Sequence record: DRR723986_3166
Reading direction: 5' to 3' (one strand)
Length of the DNA: 48,330 bases
Part shown: positions 38,501 to 46,160 of the stretch, one piece after another
How positions within the stretch are numbered: the stretch's first letter is position 1
Layout: each line of letters begins with the position of its first letter
The notes under the pieces: generated by a model
What the model saw: only the letters and a program-made list of their open reading frames with translations
Databases searched by the model: none
Told to the model about the DNA's origin: nothing
Program-made: the position numbers and the translations under genes

Positions 38501-41500
38501 TTAATTCTTTCCTTCGTCCCTTGCACAGTCTCGAAACACGTCTGCATCAAATTCCAGATGACCAGGCATGTCGTGGCTCTCGTCCATATTCCACTGCTCA
38601 GGAATGGCTCGAAAGTAGAAGTCGCCCCAGCCTAATTCCGTGATCTGGTGCATATGGAAGAGTTCATGCAGAACAGCACGGTAGTATACCGGGTTGTAGT
38701 CGGGCGAACGTGTAGCTGCCCCCATTGCTACGTTGCTTCCAAACACCAAGGCCGTCCCAGGGGACACCAGTGCCAAAATCCCACCCTCTCTAAACGTTAA
38801 ACGCTGGCTGCTCATGATTTTGTGCACCAATGTAAATGCGAGATACCTCTGTTCAGGGTCAGTTGTTGTTATTCCGTTTTCCATGATGTCTCCTTCAGTG
38901 ACGTTAACCGGCAAGCCAAAGGCTATTGTAACAGCAATAGCATTACTGGCTCCGCCCATTACTCCACCCATAATACTTTGCTGCATAACGTTTCTGCCTT
39001 CTATGACTGTTCTGGTGAGCCCGGAAGTAAAGCCGGTTGCGTAACCCTTAGTAGCTGAGAAAGCAAGGTCTTTAAGTCCGTTTAGCCATTGATTATCGCC
39101 ATATTTTCCACCTTTAATGCTTGAGCCCATAAGTGCTCCGGTAAACATTCCGGCTATAGAGCCCAGCGTTAATTGTTCACCATACATTGTGGAAGTAATG
39201 GTGCTTGCAGTCAGGTTTTCCATCATCGAGTACGCAAATGAGTTAGCTGCATTGCCCGCAATTGCTCCAATTCCACCGGAGATAGCACCCGTAACGGCCC
39301 CACGCAAGCTGGCTGACCCAAGTCCACTCCAGCTCCAGTCGGAACCTGCTGTAAATGAATAAGTGACAGCCGATTGCAGAGCTCCAATTGCAGCTGCGGT
39401 TAGTATCGGTACAATTACCTCACCTGAAGGATCCGAATAAATCAATGGGTTGTTAACGACGTAACTATAGCGGTTTAGACCTTGTGTAGCGCCTTCACTT
39501 TGTACGAAGTTATCAACCTGTAAGAAGCGTCCCAGGCAGGGATCGTACATTCGACCATTCATGTTTATCAGGCCAAAAGTTGCAATGTGCTCATGACCAG
39601 TGAAACCACGGCCGAGTAGACTCAACTGTGTGCGCTCTGCTTCGGAATCCAGATAAGTTGCCCAATTGCCGGCATCTCTGAGTTTGCCCCAGGGCCCATA
39701 GTTAAACTCGGCCAGTACCGAAGCATCATCGCGGGTTATCATTTGGAATGAACCAAGCAGGTCTTTATGGATGTAGTAGACTTCTTTCGTCTGGGTTCCA
39801 CCGTTCGACTCTTTAACATATGCAGCCACGCGTTCCTGACCCGCGGTGACGTAATGAATCTCCTTGGTGTTTCCGGAACCATCAATCACTTTTTCGTAGG
39901 AACCGACGTAATAGATTGAGGTTTGTCTGAAAGTACCATAGTCTTTGAGAACCGACTTCTTACGCGTTTGGGCGTCATTGTAAAGAATGCTGTACTCAAA
40001 TCCACCTTCATTGATGCCTGTGACATTGTTTCGCGAGTCAAATGTAACATCCTGTGTTAAACATGGTTTACATTCACCGACCGGATTGTCGATACGGGAT
40101 ACGGCCTGTGTATGTGCGGCATTGTTGTAAATGTAATCACCAACATCAGATTTGTTGGTAATATTACCATTTGCCTGATAGTTTACTGTGCGCGTCGGGG
40201 CTCCACTCACAGTATAAGCAGTTAAGCGATAGAGGTTGTCGTACTGGAAGGTTTCATGTTGCGCGCGAACTACGTCAGTTCTCGACAGCATTACATTCCG
40301 TTTTGGGTCAAAGTTGTAGGTCAAATGTTGTTTGGTATTACCAGACCCATGTTCCGCCAGTATGCTGTTTAAGTAACCATACTGATCCTTGCTTCGGGTA
40401 GTTGTAATGCCGTTGCCATAACTGAATTGTCGTGGTACATTGGATTCAATTACATCATCCAACTTCCAGATCAGGCCTACATCTTCGCTCCCGTGTACCT
40501 CTAACAATGTACCATCTTCATCGTACTTATTCGTAACAAGAAAGCCCGATGGATACGTTAAATATGCCAGATTGCCACGGCCGTCATATTGCATGCGTGT
40601 GCTGAAGACATCCTTCGTGATTGTTTCATCAACCTGGGTCACTCTTTTTTGTGAGTCATAGTGATATTTTTTGACATATGAGGAGTTTGGACCGGTCTCG
40701 GTGTTGATGAGATATTTTCCATTGCCGTCAGAGTAGTATGCGTACTTAAACTCTCCTTCCGGCGTTGTCTTTTTAACCTTTCGGCCAAACTCATCGTACT
40801 CAAGAAAGTGTTCACTGCCGTCGGCCATTTTTTGATAAGTCAATTGGCCAAATGCATTATATTCATACTCAATTGTTCCGGCATTGGGGTCGATCATTTT
40901 AGTACGGTTACCATGCATGTCATACTCAAATTCTGTGTGCTCTGGACCATTACTCTGCTTTTTGAGCTGACCGTTGCTATGGTATTTGTAGGTAACTGTG
41001 CCTCCGTTGTCCTCGACCTTCTCAGTCTGTCCAGCTGCATTTAACGTCGTGTGGACTTTGTTGCCATCAGGATCCTCCATGGTCGTCGTGAGGTTTGCAT
41101 ATGTGAACTTTGTCTGAAGGTTTTCAGCCGGATTGCTGCTTGACACAAATGTTTGTGTGCTGACCCTGCCGGCATCGTCATATGTATATTCGACCCACTT
41201 AACAAAGTCACCGGAGAAGTAGGGTTGAGACTCTTTCATTAGTGTTGCGTCATTGTTGTAGACTTTGTCGACCAATGCAAGCTTATTACCAAAGAGAGTC
41301 GTTTGACTGCGGACGCTTTCACCACGTTCGTTGAAAAATGTTGTTACATCCGGTGAAGAGTTAGATGTATTCTTCCTTGAGTAAATCGAGCTGATTGGAT
41401 TTGGCAGAGGCGTCCAATTCTTGGTAATCTCCAGTACCTCACCATTTGGAGTAAATGTTTTCGTCAATTTACCCCACTTGTCATACTCTTGTCTGGTTTC

Positions 41501-44500
41501 ATTCCCAAGACTTTTGGTCGTAAGTACGGCCCCCAGGCCCCGGTCGTAGGTGTATTCCGTGGTTATGCCCAGATTGTTAACTGAACTTTCCTGGAATCGA
41601 CCTTTGGAGTCATAGTTTGTGTAGCTTATCTGGTCCGACAGATTAACATCCTGCGGCGCTGACTGTGTCATACTGATTGAGTTACCAAAGCCATCGTAGG
41701 TGTAGGTGACCTTGAGTTCCATTGGATCACCATCGTCGTAAGTCACAGAAGTAACGTTGCCTACGGCGTCATAGGTGTAGTCTTCTGAACGACCATATGG
41801 ATTCCCTGAGTCATCCTTATGTGTGCTATTCGTAAATTTCGTCAATACCACATTTGGACGCCAGCAATTGGCGGTCGTATAGAAAAACGTGGCTTGTTCA
41901 GTTTTGACCGGCGTAGTCTGCGAACCATACTGAACTAATCTGTTTGACAAGTTGCCATTGGAATAGTAAGCGTTTGTTGTGTAGGTACTAGTGTTCGTAA
42001 CAAGGTTGTGTTCAGTTGTTGTGTACACTGCAGGTGAGAATCGTCCATTGCCATGATTGATAAAGAGATTCTCTTGCAGAGTTTCCGCCAGATCAAGATA
42101 CACTGTTTGTGTAGCCTTCTGCCGCAGTGATCCGGTCACAACCGGGTAGAAATGGGAGTTGTCCAGATCATAAGACTGAGTTTGTCTATAGCCATGCCCA
42201 GCCATGCTGAACTTTTCCATTCCCAAAAATCCCAGCCCTTGCCTGTGCACCTTGGCACCTTCATAGAAGTAGACGTTTCTGCGTTCGTTGGACGAGGACA
42301 TTGGATCATAAGTCTCCAAATTGTAGTTCTCATCAGCAGTAACCACAAATGAGGTGCCAACAACATCGTTAAGCGGGAATTGGGCACCGGAGCCTTTAAC
42401 ATATTGCGAGAGTCCAAAAGCCTTAACACAAACCATAGCTTCGTATTCAATATCTACGGCGCTGTTTAACCCATTTAGAATAGTTGAAATGTGAAATGGC
42501 TCTTCTTCTGGATGGAATGCAATTATGTACGGCTGACCCGTACCTGCACTTCCCCAGTACACGTGCAGATCGTCTGTGCCGTCACCTGTGAAGTCACCGA
42601 CTGTGACGTTCGTGCGTGCGTTCTTGTACTTGTTATCTGTTGAGACATTTGTCTCTTTGTCAAAGACATTGTTGCCGATGCTATAGAAAACATCATAGTG
42701 GTAGTCATATTGCCCCGGGGTTGTCGGGTTGCTGTAGTACTCTGCAATGTCAGTTTTACCATCACCATTAAAGTCGCCGGTAAAGAAGTTTTCGGTGTAG
42801 TAATTGTCCTCCGGGTCAGTGTTGGGATTTGTAAAAACTGGAGGAGCGTACTCGGCTGTAAACGATCCTTTTTTGCCGTAGCGAATTTTCCACTCGTTGC
42901 CGCTGTTTTTCTTGTAGTACAACAGATCGGTTAAACCATCACCATTGAAGTCACCGAGTTTTAGTGGCCAATCTTCGTCCAGAATATTTGTGAATTCAGT
43001 TTCATTCACATCATAGTTATTGTCTGAGAGTCGCTCATACTCGTGGATATAGAGTTTGTTATTATCCACGATAAACAAGTCTGGTTTTGAATCATTGTCG
43101 GTGTTCATTGTCGCCATGCGGCCCTGATGCACGGAGTAGTTATCATCGACGACAAAAAATGAGTTGCCAATCGTTTCTGTGGCTTCATCATACAATGAGT
43201 AGAGCGATAATGTGCGGGTGCCACCGTCTTCAATTCTGATCAATAGTTGATCAAGTCCGTTGCCGAGGAATGGAGCTGCAATTACGCCCTCAACATCAAT
43301 GTTTGAAAACTGCAGTTGCGTTTTGTACGTAAAATCCGTTCCATCTGACTCCCAGAGTTCAAATCGGGTAAGATGGAACTTTTTATTGGCAACGATGATG
43401 TCGTCATTGCCGTCGCCGTTAAAGTCGCCGGCGGCGCACCAACCAGGAATGATGTCCGGTTGCATTGATGTGAAATTTGAGACGGCAAGACCTTGAATTG
43501 CTGAGGAGTGTCTTACGGTGTAACCAGACTTGTAGAATGTCCAGTTTCTGGAGCCGGTGTTAACTACAAGGCGGTCCATGAGGCCGTCACCATCGTAATC
43601 ACCATAAATGGAGTGGCCATCTTCCACATCTGGATTCGGCGAGTACAACTCGCTGGAAATTTGATTATGGTGATGGCTGTCACCATATTGAAAAATTGTT
43701 GGGTTATAACTCTCACCGATACCGTTCGATTCAGTGATACGGTGCAAGAGCGACAGTTTGTCAAGCGTGTAAGTCAGGTCGTATTCGCGAACTGTTTGAC
43801 CTTCACTTTTGACTGTAATGTTTTTGAGAAGAACGGCTTGTTTTACTTCCTGGCCTTTTGAGAACATGAAGTTTACGTCAGATCTAAGACCATAGTTGAA
43901 AATGATTGAGTTGTATGGATCGGTGTTTTCGGCTTCGTTGCCCGTATACTTAATTTCCTTGATGTAAAACTCTCCATCAAGGTTTTCGTAGTGATACGTA
44001 CAGTAGTTGCCATTTTTATCGGTTACTCTGCCGATGAGCCAGGAATGAACTGATGTGCAATATGAACCGGGTTGCGGGCAGACTCTCGAATCAGCTGAAT
44101 ACCCATAAAGGATCGTTTTTCCGTCGATTGTTTCGGCCTTATAGGACTGGTCTGTACCGATTGCCGACGCATAAAGACTGATCCGAGTTCCATTGCCAAT
44201 TCTAGTTTCATATACATCATCCTGGCTGTTGTATACAAGTCTGTTGCCATCAAGTGCTAACTTTCCAATTGCCGGAAAGGAACTCTCCTCGGTGTTTTTG
44301 TCCAGATAGTAGTTTTCACTATCGCGCGTTATTGCTGAAAGGCCGCTAATATTCCAGCCCCAGCCAAGCTGGCCGTTACCTGCGCGACTACTGTAGGTTA
44401 AACTGATAGACGGCTGCATACCAGCCGTGCCTTTGGGAATATAGATTGGGACGGTGTAGGAGGCCGCTCCGTTTGGAAGTACCTGATACGTGCCATCAAG

Positions 44501-44656
44501 TGTACCAACAGGTTTGGAGTGGTCCAGGGATCTGTTGTCAATATCTGTAGGAGTTGTCTCGTAGACTATCGCCGGCAGCTGTTGCGCGCTGCCTTTACTA
44601 AATGCGGTAAGTAGCATTACACTACACGCTATTAGTAAAAATGATGTGTTCTTCAT
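38501..44656 (-). CDS. RHS/YD-repeat protein, TcB-TcC-like fusion (SpvB-type N-domain, FG-GAP repeats, RHS core) with HExxH C-terminal domain
   Basis: GAASYTVPIYIPKGTAGMQPSISLTYSS..GNGQLGWGW; GDFNGDG repeats; many YxYD..G repeats; core RGFTGHEH...MNGRMYDP.LGRF...NRYSYVVNNPLIYSDPSG; tip VLHELFHMHQ; signal peptide GSA|Q; start MKNTS (44656), ORF open to 44668. Confidence 0.93.
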   Translation of the reverse strand: MKNTSFLLIACSVMLLTAFSKGSAQQLPAIVYETTPTDIDNRSLDHSKPVGTLDGTYQVLPNGAASYTVPIYIPKGTAGMQPSISLTYSSRAGNGQLGWGWNISGLSAITRDSENYYLDKNTEESSFPAIGKLALDGNRLVYNSQDDVYETRIGNGTRISLYASAIGTDQSYKAETIDGKTILYGYSADSRVCPQPGSYCTSVHSWLIGRVTDKNGNYCTYHYENLDGEFYIKEIKYTGNEAENTDPYNSIIFNYGLRSDVNFMFSKGQEVKQAVLLKNITVKSEGQTVREYDLTYTLDKLSLLHRITESNGIGESYNPTIFQYGDSHHHNQISSELYSPNPDVEDGHSIYGDYDGDGLMDRLVVNTGSRNWTFYKSGYTVRHSSAIQGLAVSNFTSMQPDIIPGWCAAGDFNGDGNDDIIVANKKFHLTRFELWESDGTDFTYKTQLQFSNIDVEGVIAAPFLGNGLDQLLIRIEDGGTRTLSLYSLYDEATETIGNSFFVVDDNYSVHQGRMATMNTDNDSKPDLFIVDNNKLYIHEYERLSDNNYDVNETEFTNILDEDWPLKLGDFNGDGLTDLLYYKKNSGNEWKIRYGKKGSFTAEYAPPVFTNPNTDPEDNYYTENFFTGDFNGDGKTDIAEYYSNPTTPGQYDYHYDVFYSIGNNVFDKETNVSTDNKYKNARTNVTVGDFTGDGTDDLHVYWGSAGTGQPYIIAFHPEEEPFHISTILNGLNSAVDIEYEAMVCVKAFGLSQYVKGSGAQFPLNDVVGTSFVVTADENYNLETYDPMSSSNERRNVYFYEGAKVHRQGLGFLGMEKFSMAGHGYRQTQSYDLDNSHFYPVVTGSLRQKATQTVYLDLAETLQENLFINHGNGRFSPAVYTTTEHNLVTNTSTYTTNAYYSNGNLSNRLVQYGSQTTPVKTEQATFFYTTANCWRPNVVLTKFTNSTHKDDSGNPYGRSEDYTYDAVGNVTSVTYDDGDPMELKVTYTYDGFGNSISMTQSAPQDVNLSDQISYTNYDSKGRFQESSVNNLGITTEYTYDRGLGAVLTTKSLGNETRQEYDKWGKLTKTFTPNGEVLEITKNWTPLPNPISSIYSRKNTSNSSPDVTTFFNERGESVRSQTTLFGNKLALVDKVYNNDATLMKESQPYFSGDFVKWVEYTYDDAGRVSTQTFVSSSNPAENLQTKFTYANLTTTMEDPDGNKVHTTLNAAGQTEKVEDNGGTVTYKYHSNGQLKKQSNGPEHTEFEYDMHGNRTKMIDPNAGTIEYEYNAFGQLTYQKMADGSEHFLEYDEFGRKVKKTTPEGEFKYAYYSDGNGKYLINTETGPNSSYVKKYHYDSQKRVTQVDETITKDVFSTRMQYDGRGNLAYLTYPSGFLVTNKYDEDGTLLEVHGSEDVGLIWKLDDVIESNVPRQFSYGNGITTTRSKDQYGYLNSILAEHGSGNTKQHLTYNFDPKRNVMLSRTDVVRAQHETFQYDNLYRLTAYTVSGAPTRTVNYQANGNITNKSDVGDYIYNNAAHTQAVSRIDNPVGECKPCLTQDVTFDSRNNVTGINEGGFEYSILYNDAQTRKKSVLKDYGTFRQTSIYYVGSYEKVIDGSGNTKEIHYVTAGQERVAAYVKESNGGTQTKEVYYIHKDLLGSFQMITRDDASVLAEFNYGPWGKLRDAGNWATYLDSEAERTQLSLLGRGFTGHEHIATFGLINMNGRMYDPCLGRFLQVDNFVQSEGATQGLNRYSYVVNNPLIYSDPSGEVIVPILTAAAIGALQSAVTYSFTAGSDWSWSGLGSASLRGAVTGAISGGIGAIAGNAANSFAYSMMENLTASTITSTMYGEQLTLGSIAGMFTGALMGSSIKGGKYGDNQWLNGLKDLAFSATKGYATGFTSGLTRTVIEGRNVMQQSIMGGVMGGASNAIAVTIAFGLPVNVTEGDIMENGITTTDPEQRYLAFTLVHKIMSSQRLTFREGGILALVSPGTALVFGSNVAMGAATRSPDYNPVYYRAVLHELFHMHQITELGWGDFYFRAIPEQWNMDESHDMPGHLEFDADVFRDCARDEGKN

Positions 44657-45526
44657 GTGGATAACCAATCTTTGAGTTTACATGTTAAGTTTAATCTGAC
44701 TTTTTGAGAGTGTTAATGCGTAATAGGACGAGCTGTAGCAGGTGCTATCGGGCAATAGCACTTGGACTTTCGACTGTATTGATACATTAGATGTTTCTGA
44801 CTTTGGGTGTGCCAGGTGTTTAATTAAACACGCTATTGAATTCGAGTGGCAGTCAGCGGCAGGTAATTTTGCCGTTTTGATTTGCTGCCAGTTTAAGTGC
44901 CAAGTGTAGGTCTTGTCTGAAACTATTGGGCTCTATTCAATGTGTCTGTACCTGACCTTGATATCAGTTGCCACACTAGGTGTTGGTCTAAGGTTGTGGC
45001 GCCTGACAGTTTTACTTCAACCACCTCCTGATGTGTTTGGGTTCGCAATTAAACAGTGTGCCATATTTTTGTCTGTTGTTTATGTAATAATGATTGAGTC
45101 TGCTCAACTTTGCCGTTGGCTTTCTTAAAACAACAATTCAAATCTACCACAGCTATTTAAAATGGACTAGGCATTAATTTGCCCCTACTGCGAATTTGTC
45201 CTACGTCGATCGAGTGGAGTGTGAAAAGTACATCATAATGGTGCTCGGTTCTTTGAAGCCATGACTCCATCATTGGTGTCAGGATGAGCTGTTCTGCGCC
45301 GATAAGACTTTAGGACCGGGTGCCTTTGGCTGGATACACGGCGACTAACAAGAGAAAAAAAGAGCAAGCCATGCGGAGCGGGGCGAGGCGGTGATTTTTA
45401 TAGGAAGTGGTGATTATCACAATAATTCGGATTACTTGCTTTTCCAAGTGTACTTACTAAGTTGGATTGTACTATAGCTATGGAAAGTGTGATAATACCT
45501 TGATTATATGTGAGATGGAGGCGGGG

Positions 45527-45874
45527 ATGCCGGAGTTTGTGCACGGTGACAAGGTTTTCTATAATCCGGTGGAGTTTGCGATGAGCCGGATTGGGGGAAC
45601 GTGGAAGATGCCGATTCTGTGGCGGCTGAAAGACAAAGTGATGCGCTTTAGTGAGTTAAAGAGATCGATGCCCAAGATTACTGACAAGATGCTGACGACG
45701 CAGTTGCGTGACCTTGAGAAGTATGCGTTTATATCGCGCAAGGTGTACGCCGTGGTGCCGCCAAAGGTGGAGTATTCGATTACGGAAAAGGGGCGGCGTG
45801 CGGTGCCGGTAATTGATACAATTCGGCAATATGGCTTGCAGTTGATGGACGAAGAGGGGATTGGAGAAGGCTGA
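45527..45874 (+). CDS. HxlR-family winged-helix transcriptional regulator
   Basis: IGGTWKMPILWRL...RFSELKRSMPKITDKMLTTQLRDLE...VPPKVEYSIT; GGAGG SD before ATG 45527. Confidence 0.92.
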   Translation: MPEFVHGDKVFYNPVEFAMSRIGGTWKMPILWRLKDKVMRFSELKRSMPKITDKMLTTQLRDLEKYAFISRKVYAVVPPKVEYSITEKGRRAVPVIDTIRQYGLQLMDEEGIGEG

Positions 45875-46160
45875 CGGCGGGAGATCAATTGGTCACAATT
45901 CTGCGTATATCGAAACCAGAAAGTACCGGTCCTGCGTAAAAATTGCAATTGGATTTTAGTGATTGCCGCTAAGGTCGTAAATTGATGTGCCGTGTATCTG
46001 AATTGTGAATCCCCAATTCCTGCAGCGTTTGTGCCAACTTTGACGCGTAGGGATGCAAGTGTCTGTCCGGCCGGTATTCGTATTGATCGGGAGGGCAGGG
46101 CTTGACTGTGGGGTAGCCTTTAATATTGCTCCGAATTACAACCTAGCCTGGCATCTACAC

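Noticed and set aside
38362-38550. 62-aa ORF as the RHS immunity gene
   Set aside because: Overlaps the RHS 3' end by 50 bp, has no clear SD and no recognisable features; cannot be fully excluded without expression data
9940-45500. Mobile genomic island
   Set aside because: No integrase, transposase, tRNA target or matching flanking repeats seen in the window
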